Below, in pieces: positions 43,037 through 58,011 of a DNA stretch of 64,000 nucleotides. This DNA comes from Octopus vulgaris (taxonomy: Eukaryota). How positions within the stretch are numbered: the first letter of the stretch is position 1; each line of letters opens with the position of its first letter. The stretch is taken from contig OX597830.1 in NCBI GenBank assembly GCA_951406725.2, positions 74,152,001 to 74,216,000 on the forward strand. Direction: 5' to 3'. A program made the position numbers and the translations under genes. The notes beneath the pieces are model-generated. The model was given only the letters and a program-made list of their open reading frames with translations, ran no database searches and was not told the DNA's origin.

Positions 43037-44610
43037 CAGTTGCGGCCAAAATGTTAAGAACGGCATTATTTTCGTTAGAAAAGTAGATATAATTCTTTAT
43101 CAAAGTTATTTTATATTCTATAATTTTCACAGACAATAAATACGATATTAATTGTTATTGTCTGAGATTTTGGTGTAATTTGAGAGGATAATACAAATGT
43201 TATAGATGATTTAGTGATTTACTGCAAAACCAATGGCGGTCAAAATGATCAGAACGGTTGAAAAAATAACAAAATAATAAAAAATGACAGAGAATATTGG
43301 AATTATTTACTATTTAGTGTGAAGCCCTTTAGCTTCAATCACACTCTGACATCTTCGACTACATGAGGAAATTAAATTTTCAATTTCTTGCTGGGTGATC
43401 TTATTCCATTCTTCCTGAAGGGCATTCCATAATTGCTCAGTTGTTTTAGGATTTCTGGCTTTCGAACGTTCTCCTAGAATATTCCGCACATTTTCAATAG
43501 GATTGAGATCTGGGCTTTGAGCTGGCCAATCCATAACAATAACCTTTTCAGCCTTGAGGAAGTTCATGACCACCTTAGCCTTGTGACATGGGGCATTGTC
43601 CTGCATGAATATGGGTGGTCGCTTAGTTGAATTTCTCAGCACAGGCAAGACATGATCTTTTACAAGTTGTTTATAAACTCCTGCATTTAACTTTCCATGT
43701 AATCGCACCAAAGGGCCCACAACATCTCCAGATATCATTCCCCAAACCATGACACTTCCTCCACCGAATTTAACACTAGTCTTAAGGCATTTAGGCAACA
43801 ATTTTTCACCTACTTTTCTACGAACGTACCTTTTCCCATCTGAGCCAAATAGCATAAACTTAGATTCATCACTGAAATGCACCGTTTGCCATTTTTCTTG
43901 AGACCACAACACATGTTCGGTTGCAAAGGTAAGACGACACTTTTTATTCTTGGAGCTGATCAGTGGCTTCACTGCAGGTGCTCTTGCTTGTAGGTCATGT
44001 TCAACTAAACAACGAAACACAGTTTTTCGAGATAAAACTTTCTTCAATACAATGCTCATTTTCCGAGAAACAGCAGCAGCAGTTTTAAATCTGTCCTTTT
44101 TAACCAAATTTACCATAGCACGATATTCTCTCTTGGTCGTTTTTCTTGGCCTACCTGTAAACTTTCTTGCTTTACACGAACCACAATCATCGTAGACCTT
44201 AAGAATACCGTGTACAACACTTTTTGACTTGTTAGCAATCTTTGCAATAGATCCATTACTTAAATTATCCTTCCTTCGAAGCTTAATAATCTGCTGACGA
44301 ATTGGTAACGGAGTAAGTGGCATTATATTAACAAAGTACACTGCAAATATTCTTACTAATGTTTAGTAAACGAACCGTCACGTAAACAAATTGAAATCAT
44401 TAGAGTTCGCCGGTTAAATATACTAAAACACGGAGTAAAAGTAACCGTTCTGATCCTTTTGGCCACTATGGGTTTTGCAGTAAATCACTAAATCATCCAT
44501 AACTTTTGTATTATCCTTTTGTATTATAGAATATAAAAAAACTTTGATAAAAAATTATATCAACTGTTCTGACGAAAACAATGCCGTTCTTAACATTTTG
44601 GCCGCAACTG
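43037..44610 (-). mobile_element. Tc1/mariner DNA transposon, IR/DR type, 1574 bp
   Basis: TA|CAGTTGCGGCCAAAATGTTAAGAACGGCATT ... mirrored end|TA; TIRs 43037-43259 and 44443-44610 with inner direct repeat GGTCAAAATGATCAGAACGG. Confidence 0.96.
43310..44323 (-). CDS. Tc1-family DD34E transposase (337 aa from ATG at 44323)
   Basis: N-terminal HTH, GRPRKT linker, FSDESKF, FMQDNAPCH, WPAQSPDLNPIE with 34 residues between D and E; uninterrupted ORF. Confidence 0.93.
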   Translation of the reverse strand: MPLTPLPIRQQIIKLRRKDNLSNGSIAKIANKSKSVVHGILKVYDDCGSCKARKFTGRPRKTTKREYRAMVNLVKKDRFKTAAAVSRKMSIVLKKVLSRKTVFRCLVEHDLQARAPAVKPLISSKNKKCRLTFATEHVLWSQEKWQTVHFSDESKFMLFGSDGKRYVRRKVGEKLLPKCLKTSVKFGGGSVMVWGMISGDVVGPLVRLHGKLNAGVYKQLVKDHVLPVLRNSTKRPPIFMQDNAPCHKAKVVMNFLKAEKVIVMDWPAQSPDLNPIENVRNILGERSKARNPKTTEQLWNALQEEWNKITQQEIENLISSCSRRCQSVIEAKGLHTK

Positions 44611-44623
44611 TATATAAATATGC

Positions 44624-44669
<46 letters not shown>

Positions 44670-44747
44670 ATATATATATATATAAAATAATAATATATAT
44701 ATATAGATATATATATATATATATATACACATACATATTTATATACA

Positions 44748-44786
<39 letters not shown>

Positions 44787-45852
44787 TTTATATATATATA
44801 CATACACACAAACACACGCGCATATATAAAAGCCTCTGAAATGTTAATTAATAAAGCAAGACTCAATATGAATTTTAATTTCATATTTTATGATAAATAT
44901 TAAATTCAGATTGTTCCCTAATCCTAGAAATTTGGCAAATAATATTTTTTATTTCTTGAAAATCAACCCAAAGAATAAGAGCGATATATGAAAGCCTCTC
45001 AGTTATGAAATCTTAAAGTTAAATGCATACCCCTAACAACTGAACAGGCAATACTTTAACATGCCCACAAAACTGGCTTTGGACTCGAGCATTCGTCCCA
45101 TAAAATCGCAAAGAAATATTATCCAATCTTTTTTTGAGAACAAGGAAGAAAATTAAAACGAGAAATAAAGAAAAAGAAAATTTATGAGAAAGTAAAGTAT
45201 TTAAAATAATATTGCTGTTATCTCAGAGGAAATAAAATTTAATAATTTTATCGAAAAATGTATAGATACAAAAAAAAAGGGAAAATTAAAAAAAAATTTA
45301 AATGCGCGAATAAAAAAAATGACCCCCTAACAACGAGAGATGACAATATCTGGAAACAATTCTTAGGGTTCCTTGAAATACTGCCCTCCTGCTCACAATT
45401 CACCTCAATAAAATTTCACCATAACAACTGAAAATTTTCTTAATGTCACCGAAATTTACAGAAATTTCATTTTTATAGATGTTCCAGAAATTTTAATTTA
45501 AATCGTTGTCAAACTGTCAAAGCCTTAAAACTTAGATGCCGCAAAGTGTCCTGCTCGACTTAGTAAAAAGAGACGCCAAATCTTCATTTGTGACATACAG
45601 TATTGTGTCTAAAAGGTTGAGACGGAGGCCACATTGAATGGTATCGTTCTGTTTTGTATCTCTTACTCGTTTCATTCATTGGACTGCAGCCGTGCTAGGT
45701 CAGCACCTTGAAGTGTTTAGTCAAAGAAATCGACTCCAGTGCTGTTTTTGAAATCTGGTACTTATTCTTTCAGTCTCTTTTGGCGAAATTTAAAGGTACG
45801 GAGACGTAAACAAACTAACGTTAGTTGTCAAGTGGCAGTGGGGACAACACAA

Positions 45853-45897
<45 letters not shown>

Positions 45898-45972
45898 TTA
45901 TATTTACACACAAACCAACATGCATATATGTATGTATATATATATATATATATATGTACATATACATATATA

Positions 45973-46008
<36 letters not shown>

Positions 46009-46009
<1 letters not shown>

Positions 46010-46215
46010 TTTATTTAAAAGCAGCAGAAAATTCAACAAAACCCGTTACTCTGAGTTTCACGTTCCCGGTCGAAACTGTCCGACGAACGGGAGCGTGAAA
46101 CTCAGAGTAACAGGTTTTGTTGAATTTTCTGCTGCTTTTAAATAAAGCATATTACTCTACCCCTGGTAGATGAGTACTCTTTTTCCACATTGTTTCACAT
46201 TTATGTGTTTACTCC

Positions 46216-46217
<2 letters not shown>
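46009..46217 (+). mobile_element. Penelope-like fold-back remnant
   Basis: Inverted arms 46009-46067 / ~46089-46147, TA flanks, same family as 8961. Confidence 0.75.
46076..46113 (+). ncRNA. Type I hammerhead motif (U4C core)
   Basis: CTGT-CCGACGA-ACG ggag CGT-GAA ACTC A GAGT A-ACAG: all three stems closed, GUA site; partial copy at 9017-9050. Confidence 0.75.
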
Positions 46218-46254
<37 letters not shown>

Positions 46255-46280
46255 CTTGTATGCATGTACGTACCTATGTA

Positions 46281-46377
<97 letters not shown>

Positions 46378-46394
46378 ATCTATCTTTTTATCTG

Positions 46395-46431
<37 letters not shown>

Positions 46432-46432
46432 C

Positions 46433-46520
<88 letters not shown>

Positions 46521-47329
46521 AGAAGGAAATAGAAATAAATGAGATTCCTATGCGGAACAAAAGTTAGCGCTTGTTAAATAGAGCTAAAATAATATAGAGT
46601 AATACAGGTTTCAATGGAAACTTTCGAGATATTGATAATCAAATCACATTATATTCTTCAATATATTTTTCAAAGTATATATATATATACTTAACCATAT
46701 CAAAGAGAAATGGAACTTAATTAAAATTTCCATTTCCAGTGGTCTAACGTGTAAACATTTAGTCCAAAGACTGTATTAGTCATAAAATATAGTGTACATT
46801 TAAACACATGAGGAATCCACTTATGGGATTCAACACGCTAGAAAGAGCAGCTAGGTTCCATAACCACAAAATTAGGGATAAAATTCGACAGGAACGAAAT
46901 GAAAAAATAAAAACATTTTACCATCTAGTTTCCTGGTCCAATTGGTTTCTGATTTCAGTTTAGCAAGCAAAACAACATATACTCGCTAGGTGAAATCGTC
47001 CTCAGCAGGAACACCCTGTGTTAAATATATAAACACGAGGCGATATATATATATAAGTAAATCTAGTGCTAACCAAAGGTGAACAGAAAATTTGAAACTA
47101 CAGCGTAATCAAACGCAACTGAATAGCACGACGCTCTACCGAATCTATCCATTCTCTTTCTCGACGCCTTTTCGGTTCAGACATTCCACCGGTTCTGATC
47201 TCCTGACTCTCTACAAGCACTGATACTCCTCCAAGGTTGCGCAGAAATATTACAAGCATGGATTTACAGGGTCCAAGATGCAGATGATGATGTATAGAGA
47301 CTTAACCACATGAAGAAGGAAATTGCTTG

Positions 47330-47720
47330 GGGAGAAAAAACAAGCTTTGTATTTGGTGACGAAGTTTCCAAATATATGCACAGCAAACCATAAAGCTCTG
47401 TTCAGAAGATTCTTTCAAAAGTCACTCTCAACTGTAACGACTCATTATGTCACCAACAGTAGAGCAATATGGGAACACAAAGACTTAAAGAGGTGGAAAT
47501 CGAGATAAAATAAATAATTACAACATAAATATATAGAAGTTAAAAATAAGAAAAAAGATGATCAGATCGTCAATGTTAATAAGGCATTTAGAAATGCAAA
47601 ATAATTTTACAGCTATTATCTTGCTGATATGCATCACATAGGTCAGACTTCTTCATAAAATACAATAAAAGAACGGAGATGATTTCGAAATGCCGACAGA
47701 AGCACACGTTATTTCTCAAG
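47330..47720 (+). pseudogene. Degraded Penelope-like GIY-YIG endonuclease C-terminus
   Basis: Across frameshifts: ANHKALFR, AIWEHKD, EIEIK*II, NKRTEMISKCRQK, matching the NH..SF / IWELK / IKW.I / LNKR.E..SKCRH pattern of PLE endonucleases. Confidence 0.6.
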
Positions 47721-48285
47721 AATTTCGGAGAAGCCCGTTCGATTGTATAACAATTGAATATTGCTATCTAGGATCAGGTAACCATGTGGAAAGCGACTTC
47801 ATGGAATTCACACAGTTTAGGCTCTCAACAAACATGACTTTTCAGTTTGTTGATGTGTACAGTTCAACGAAGAGACAATTGGACGAAACATTGACGCCAA
47901 TATACAAAAGAATTTTGTCCAACATTTAAGAGAAACATACATAGATAGACACATCCATCCATCCATCCATCCATCCATCCATCCATCCATACATACATAC
48001 ATACATACATACATGCATATGAAAATATATCTTACAATGGCATCTATAACAAAGCATATATATAACAAAACAGGAAAATTGCGATTTTCCATCGCACGTG
48101 TTTCATTTGTTAATAGGAATTACAAAGATTATGGATACATATTGATTGTTATAATGGAATAAACAGATGAGCTTTAAGAGGAAGCAGCTGGGATTTACCT
48201 AACTACCCTCTCTCTCTCTCTCTTTCTGTATATATATATATATATATATATATTGTTGGCATCCTTTTTGTCTCGGGAGACAATA

Positions 48286-48359
<74 letters not shown>

Positions 48360-48400
48360 CATATAAATATATAAATATATATATAAATATAAATAAATAA

Positions 48401-48445
<45 letters not shown>

Positions 48446-48569
48446 CCGGCTCGCTTAGCCAGATGGGTGGCGTCATTTGAAGGCTAAAACAATGCAAAGC
48501 GCATTGTGGCCAGCGATGTGTAGCAACATCTGATAGCCTGGTCGGTCACAGTGATCTCGGGTATATATG

Positions 48570-48601
<32 letters not shown>

Positions 48602-48785
48602 ATTTATGGACTGCCATATTAGTTTGGCTATAACTATTAATATTCAGTACCGCTACTGTAGACTCCTTTAGAGAGACTTAGAACTAATAATATTTCTATA
48701 TATATATATGTTGTTATTCAGTTTATTTCAAGTTTTCATGCTAGAGAAAGAGCCGGTTTCTATCCTTGATGTGTATGTATGTCTG

Positions 48786-48818
<33 letters not shown>

Positions 48819-49821
48819 GTGAAGATCTGTATGTTTTGCATAATGTATATATTCTCATGCATGTAGTTGCATGCGTAGACATGCATGTATGTATATGTAT
48901 GTATATTTATGAATATGTATATATATATATATATGCGTGTGTGTGTGTTTGTGTGTAACCGTTGGATGAGCATTAGAGTTACATTTGTAATTTTGGTTCT
49001 AGCTGTTACTGATAACGATGTACCGTATGTTGCTGCTGCTGCTGCTGATGATGATGATTGTATCATGTCGTTGGTATTGTCGTTGCTAGCATAGGTATCA
49101 GCAGGTGTGGAAATGGTGGTATTAGTGTTGAGCTAGGGGTGCATTTTGATTTGCTGTTGGTGGTAATACTGATGCTGGTATGGATAATGAAGTATGCTGG
49201 AACTGATGGCAATGAAGCTTAGACTGCTCTTGTTATTGTTGGAGACGGAATTGCTCGTCATTTTAGAAATTGTGGTGTTAGTGGTACTGAAATTACTTAT
49301 ATGGGTGGTGAGGGTGACTGCGGGGGTGCAGAGAAGGTAACTGTTTGTTTGTAGTGGTGTCTCTGGAAGAATGATGTGGTGGTATAGTCGGAGATGATGA
49401 CATTGGTGGCTGAGATGGTGCCAGTATTGGTGGTGGTGGTGGTGGTGGTGGTAGAAGAAGAAGAAGAAGAAGAAGAAGAAGAAGAAGAGAGGAAGAGAGG
49501 AGGAAGAAGAAGAAGAAGAAGAAGAAGAAGAAGAAGAAGAAGAAGAAGAAGAAGAAGAAGAAGAAGAAGAAGAAGAAGAAGAAGAAGGAGAAGAAGAAGA
49601 AGAAGAAGTAGAAGAAGAAATGGTGGAGGTAGCTGTGGCAGATAGAGTCTGCAAGTTCCCTCGTAAATCTATCAGTGAAAATTACTGAGCGTAGAAAATA
49701 AACTAGCCAGGGGTATGATGAGGCGTTGGAAGAGAAATGGAGGAAGAGACAGAGGAGGAATGAAAGAGAGGTGACAGAGAGTGTTACACACACATCCACA
49801 CACACACATACACACGCATAT

Positions 49822-49934
<113 letters not shown>

Positions 49935-50611
49935 TATAAATATATCAATATGTACATGGGGAGAGAGGTAGAGAGATTAGAAAAGATATAGAGAGAGAGA
50001 GACAGAGTGGAAGAGAGGTTTGGAGGAAGATGGAAACCCGCCGATTACAAAAAAATGGATAAAAATGCCAGTTGTGTTGAGGTAGCATTCACGAACAAAA
50101 GAAAAGAAAAGAAAGACAGAAACAGAGACAAAGAAAAAAAAAGAAAAAAAGGTAGAGAGAAAAAACCGAGAGAAAAATGAAAGGCGCAACTAGTCATAAG
50201 GAGAATGATTAAAAAGCATCGGCATATAGAATCCCTCTAGTCATACACCGCCGGATATATATATATATATATATATATATAAAGATATATATATATATAT
50301 ATATATGGCCATGTACATACGTTCGTATGCTTACTTAAATGCTGACTTATATCCGTGTATCTATCCATTCACAAGCTCACACGTGCTCATGTTTGTGAGT
50401 TGGTGTGTGTACGTGTATGTGTGCGTGTATGTGTATTAATATTATTAAAATTCTCTCTTTCGCTCACCCCTTAGTTGACTCTATTTCTCTTTCTCCCTGG
50501 GTATGTACGTGTTCATATATATATATATATATATAGATATATAAGTATATATATATATATAAATATCTGTATATATTTATATATGAATATATGTATATGG
50601 GTATGTACGTG

Positions 50612-50681
<70 letters not shown>

Positions 50682-50703
50682 TCTGTATATATTTATATAT
50701 GAA

Positions 50704-50742
<39 letters not shown>

Positions 50743-50926
50743 TCAATATGTATATATATATATATACATGCATATGCATAAATGTATATATATATATATG
50801 CATATATATATATATTTATGCATACATAAACATATACATATATAGCTACCATTATATATGTATATGTATTTATATAAGTATATGTACGCAAATATGTGTA
50901 TATATACATATACATACAAAAGTATA

Positions 50927-50972
<46 letters not shown>

Positions 50973-51028
50973 TATGTGCATATATGCATACATATATATA
51001 TATAAATATATAAATATATATATATACA

Positions 51029-51099
<71 letters not shown>

Positions 51100-51736
51100 G
51101 CATACATATAAACACATAGACTTTTTATAACTTTTGTTCTTTCTCAGCTTTTGACACGAGAGAAAACGTTGCGGACCCGACTCTGGTATTGAAAAACATT
51201 CTTAGCGTGTGAATGATTTTCCAGACATTTCATTTCCAAATTTTGATTGAAACAGGCACCAGCCAGACGCCATCACCACCGTATCGACTCAGTTCACTCC
51301 CCGATCCCATAACACTACCGAAGTGGCACAGAAACAAACCCTTGGCACTTTCGACACTTCAATTTGACCAATTATAGAACTGCTAGAAGACAACCTCCAA
51401 TGAATTACGATTGACTTTCACGGAAACTTTTAAATTGGTCTTGTAGTCATCGGAGTAGTAGTAGTAGCAGTAGTCAACTATGTATGATTGTCTGTCAGTA
51501 CGTATATATGTAAGTGTATCTGTATATATACGCATACTTACATAGATACATAGATACATACATATATACATACATATATACATACATACATACATAAATA
51601 TATACATATAAGCATGCATACATGCGTTCACATATACATACACATAACACACACATACATATGTATATATATATATAAATATGATATAACATATAATGTA
51701 TGTATGTATGTATGCATCTATCTATATAAATGTATA

Positions 51737-51797
<61 letters not shown>

Positions 51798-51844
51798 ATG
51801 TATATATATATATATGTATGTATATATCTATATGCATGTATGTC

Positions 51845-51962
<118 letters not shown>

Positions 51963-52212
51963 AATATACAACATGTACTCATGCATTAATACATGTATAG
52001 GCATTTTTCGAGTGCAGTGCAACTTTATAAAAAGTATTTCATTGAAAAACTGCGAGCAAACAATTGACCGCTTTCATAACAGGTGTATCAAGAAGTAAAC
52101 GAGAAGTGAATCTAATAAATTTTTTGTGGGTTAATATGTGTATACGTATATAATATAATAGAATAAGTGTCTGTGTATGTTTTGTGAGTCTATCTATTTA
52201 TCTCTCTATCTC

Positions 52213-52360
<148 letters not shown>

Positions 52361-52397
52361 AGAGGGTGAATGAATTATCCTAGTATGGATAATTCGG

Positions 52398-52470
52398 TTA
52401 ATGAGATGGTGGCATAATGCACCCTTTATTCCTTCGGAATTAGGAATATGCCGCCTTCGAAACATGTGTC
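52398..52470 (+). ncRNA. Degenerate hammerhead related to the 24835 family
   Basis: TTAATGA-GATGGTGGCATA[loop]TATGCCGCCTTC-GAAAC ATGT GTC; core damaged, stem II retained with a different sequence. Confidence 0.5.
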
Positions 52471-52517
52471 GAGAGTAAAGGAATTTCGTTAAAATCGTCG
52501 TTCGACTTCATTCTTTC

Positions 52518-52572
<55 letters not shown>

Positions 52573-53616
52573 AAATAAAAAAGGGTGAAAAAATTGAATT
52601 TTAATTTCATTAATATCAATTTAAAACCAATTTTGTTTCTTTTCATTTGACTTGCTCTCTTACGTTCTGGCGTTTGCTAAATTTTCTTGAGAACATTCCT
52701 TTCTTATTGGTAAGACCATAGCAGATGTACTTCTAGCATAATGGATGTCCACGTAGTGGTCATCCCACTTATATATATATAGTGGTCATCCCACTTATAT
52801 ATATATATATATATATAAATATAAATATCATCCATCATATATTATTCATTTGATTATAATACACTAAAGGAATTTACGACTTGTTGGATACCCTAGAGTA
52901 TACCAACGACGTCCTATTCAAAGTAACGCGTGATTTGGACCAGTCCCTAGGTGTTAAAAATTCATAGGGTTGGTTTTCTCTGTGTAGAATATCCTATTTG
53001 ATACTTACCAACCATAGGCCAGTACCACTGATTTGTCCAACCTTACCTGGTGCATAAATTTTCAAGCACCTGATCCTATCAGAATCCTTATTTTACTATA
53101 CATATATATGCATATGGTTGTGGTTTACACCTGTAGATCTAGTGATCATCGTTAGGATCCCAAACGCTACTGATGATTTGATTAACATTGGAATATCTCC
53201 TTTTGACAAGGGTATCTTTCGTCACTAAAACAGTCGCGCTGTCATCGATATTTTGTCGTTTGGATTGCTTGACCACCACACCACTTTACAATGAGGGATT
53301 CGTCGAAGCCCTTGCGAGTTGCAATGCCAAGGTGGAAGGTGCTTTAGAGTAGTGGGTGCCTGTCATTTATGATATTACGTTAAGAGTGGCGAATAAAGTA
53401 TTCTTGATTTGTTGATGAAGCGATTAGTGATTTTTTCCTCGGTTAATTATTTCACTACTTCAACAAAAAACAGAAAGTAAAATCATATGAAGGTAGTGCA
53501 TGTGTTTCTGTTAGCAAAATAAGCCTTGAGAGAAGCATCATGCTTCCAAACAGTATTTCAAATCAAGTATTTTACCAAAACAAATACAAAAAACCCTTGT
53601 GTATTTGTTTGTTTAT

Positions 53617-53672
<56 letters not shown>

Positions 53673-53851
53673 TGTATATACACACATACAATAACACACA
53701 GACATATATCTATCGATATCTATCTAACTATATATATATAAACATATACATATATATACATTATACATATATAGGCATATATATATATGTATATATATGT
53801 ATATATATATCTATATATATATACATGTATATGTATAAATAAATAAATAAA

Positions 53852-53902
<51 letters not shown>

Positions 53903-54692
53903 AGATTGGTAATATTCTTTTCCTGTCATTTAATTTTCTCTCAGTAATACCTATTAGCAAATGAAACATGTGTAATGGAGAATGAATAATACTCTGAAAT
54001 TTTTGAACCCATTTATTTAATACAATAATTCTGCAAGCAATATTTCCACAATTTTCAACTCTGATATGTACTTTGCATCGCAAAGCTGCAAAATCATCAA
54101 AGGGAAAAAAACGCAAAAAAACTGCTACTCAATGTTTCACAGGCCCGTTCGTTGGAACTTTCTATACCAAACTGTTTCGGACGAAATAGCGAGATGAACA
54201 ATGTCCCTCTTCTATGTGTTTCCAGACTCAATGTGAAAATTATCAGGTACCTCAGATGAAAATTTTTCCAAATGTTTTTCCGAAAACTTCCACACCTAAA
54301 TCTCACAGAACACATGAATATTTTGGCAGAGTGCTGGAGTGCTGCAAAGTTGTTTGCCACTGAATTCAAAGCCGTTACAGTAATGAGTTCTTACGTTAGA
54401 CTGCGAGGACGGGGTCATTGGTACAATGCAGTGGTGTCCTGTTCCGTGGTTGGTATAACTTTCAATTCCAAAGTTGGGATTTTCCTTATATATATGTATC
54501 ACTGCATTCTTCTCCGTCTTCTCTGTAGGGAGTAGACCACCCCAGCCCTTTTAGCTACTCGCAATATCACATATATATTAAAATTATATATGCAGTTATA
54601 GTACATACTACATTGCGTCAGTTACCAAATTCTCCTTGTATATTTTATATGCATGTATATATTAAAACTATATATTAATGTTATTTCTATAA

Positions 54693-54941
<249 letters not shown>

Positions 54942-55510
54942 GGAGATCAAAGATAAAAGAAATTAAAAAATAAAAATAAAAAAATAAGAAAATATGATAA
55001 AATAAATAATAAAATGAGAACCAAATATAAAAAGGGCGAAAACCGAAAAAATTTTACAATATATTTCACCACCACCCACCTTTTCCTCCTCTTTTTCTTC
55101 AACGAGTATCAAATCATAATTCATTGCAAAGCAAAAAAAAAGAAAAAAAAAGAAAGGTAAAATGAAAGAAAAAAGCAGAAAAGAAAATAAACAAACTATA
55201 TTCGAAATCATGAAACGCAAACTAGTAAAAGAGAAAAAAATGATGAGATTAGCAAATTTTAATAATAGTATTGACTATATGAACAAAAACAACAAGGGTA
55301 AAAAATATAAAGTAAAGGCAAACAATAAAAAAAAACAATACATACAAAACTGATGAATACCACTGCCCCCCTCCACTTCTTACCAAAATCGATAATGAAT
55401 GATTAAATAAAGATTACAATCGAAAAATATATATATAGTAGTTGTAAGCATGATAATGACAGAGTGAACGATATATACATATACATATATATGTGCGTGA
55501 ATATATATAC

Positions 55511-55542
<32 letters not shown>

Positions 55543-55546
55543 GTGA

Positions 55547-55577
<31 letters not shown>

Positions 55578-55902
55578 AATATATATACACACATATATAC
55601 ATGTATATATATTCACGCATATATATGTATATGAATATGTATATGGATGTATGTATATTTATGCATATGTGCATTCATTACATAGAAAAGATACATGAAT
55701 TTGAGGGAAAGCAACATGATTGTTTATATACGTATTTCTATATGCATACACACCTGTGACACGAAATTTTGCTTTATATACAATTCAAAATCATATACAA
55801 TCATTTACGTGTGTGTGTATATATATATATATATATAAACATACATACATGCACACACATATATATGTATAAATATATATATATGTATGTATATACATAT
55901 AT

Positions 55903-55935
<33 letters not shown>

Positions 55936-56334
55936 CGCATGTACATATGTGTATATATATACACCTCTATATGTATATATATATATATATTGCTATAAAT
56001 ACTTATACTCTATATATATATAAACACACACATATATATATATATATATGCATTCATAAATACATACGTACATATATATCTAGATAAGTATAAGTATGTA
56101 TGTACGTATATGATGAGAAAAAAGGGAGCATATGGCATTACATTTATTCCATGTTTTACAATTGTATCAACCAAGATTGGTGACAAATAAAACATCACGT
56201 GGATAAGAACACTGATATAGTTGTGACCATTATATATAAGGTAACTTACATAAAAACGACCACAATAATACATGCAGGTCTGTATGCTTATATGTAGGTG
56301 CAATATGCACTCACATGTCACATGTGCACGCACG

Positions 56335-56420
<86 letters not shown>

Positions 56421-56559
56421 ATTATCGCTACATCTCTCTCTCTCTCTATATATATATATACGTATATGTATATACATATATATATATATATAGATATATA
56501 TACGCGGGTGTGTGATTGTGTATAGAAGAATATATTAATAAAAAGAAATTCCAACTTAT

Positions 56560-56614
<55 letters not shown>

Positions 56615-56656
56615 TGCATACATATATATAGACACACCCTTTCTCTCTCTCTCTTG

Positions 56657-56687
<31 letters not shown>

Positions 56688-56731
56688 CTATTTACATATA
56701 TAAATATATACGTATCTATTTACACACGTAC

Positions 56732-56867
56732 ATATATGTACGCATGTATACATGTATATGTATATATATATATTTATATAACTTAGATAATAACTTAAAT
56801 CTAAGTTATTATTTAAGTTATATAAATATATATATATACATATAGATGTATACATGCGTACATATAT
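56732..56867. repeat. Near-perfect ~65-bp-arm palindrome downstream of the Antp stop
   Basis: ATATATGTACGCATGTATACAT...TATAACTTAGATAATAACTTA aatc TAAGTTATTATTTAAGTTATA...ATGTATACATGCGTACATATAT. Confidence 0.85.
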
Positions 56868-56869
56868 AA

Positions 56870-56931
<62 letters not shown>

Positions 56932-57176
56932 CATACATATATATATGTATAAGTTCGTATATAAGTATACATGTAGGCAAAATAATGTACAAAAGAGACC
57001 ACGTATTAGATAAAGACATGAATACAGCTATAAAATTTAAGTAAGTACAAGTTATGAATGAGCGATTGAAAATAAAAAGATAAACAGATAAGAAAACGAG
57101 TGAAAGTGAACAAATGCTTTACAAATATTATATATATATATACATACATACATATATATATAAATATATATATAAG

Positions 57177-57282
<106 letters not shown>

Positions 57283-57647
57283 CATATGTCGTATATTCAA
57301 TAATTATATCGTGGCAATTATAAAATACATAACAAAAGCTAAATAGAATAGAAAATAGAATCAACTTTGTGTGGTGTGGTTCAGAATTGATTCGACAAGT
57401 TGAGTGTTTTTATATGTTTATAATTTTATATTTCAGACGGACCAGATTCATTCTAATTAGGAGAATATATTTACGAATGTCGTAAACATGTTTTTCGAGG
57501 TTTATGGGCGCGGGACATACCTACACACAAGCAGGCATTCGTACATGCAAATATATATGTATATATATATATAGATATATATTTATATATATTTATATTT
57601 ATATGTGCACATAAAGATATATACATACATATATACCTACAGATATA

Positions 57648-57688
<41 letters not shown>

Positions 57689-57959
57689 TACTTGGATGCG
57701 TGGTGTTCAATCAAATAATAATATAAATAATATATGTGCATGTATATATATACACAAACATGTATATATACATACTTATATACACATACATACAAACATA
57801 TATGAATAGCTGCAAACATGCATACATGCATACATACATACACACACACACACACATATATATATATTTTTTTTTTTTTTGCTGATATGGGTAGAGGACC
57901 TCACCATAAGGGATTAGATAGGTAGCCGACAACTGTTGGTGATGTCCTGTATCGATACA

Positions 57960-58011
<52 letters not shown>

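Noticed and set aside
53126-53147. TACACCTGTAGATCT resembling miR-10 (TACCCTGTAGATCCG)
   Set aside because: Seed disrupted, 3' half does not match, no evident precursor hairpin
54960-55410. AATAAA/ATTAAA as the Antp polyadenylation signal
   Set aside because: Many instances in an A-rich tract; cannot choose one without transcript data
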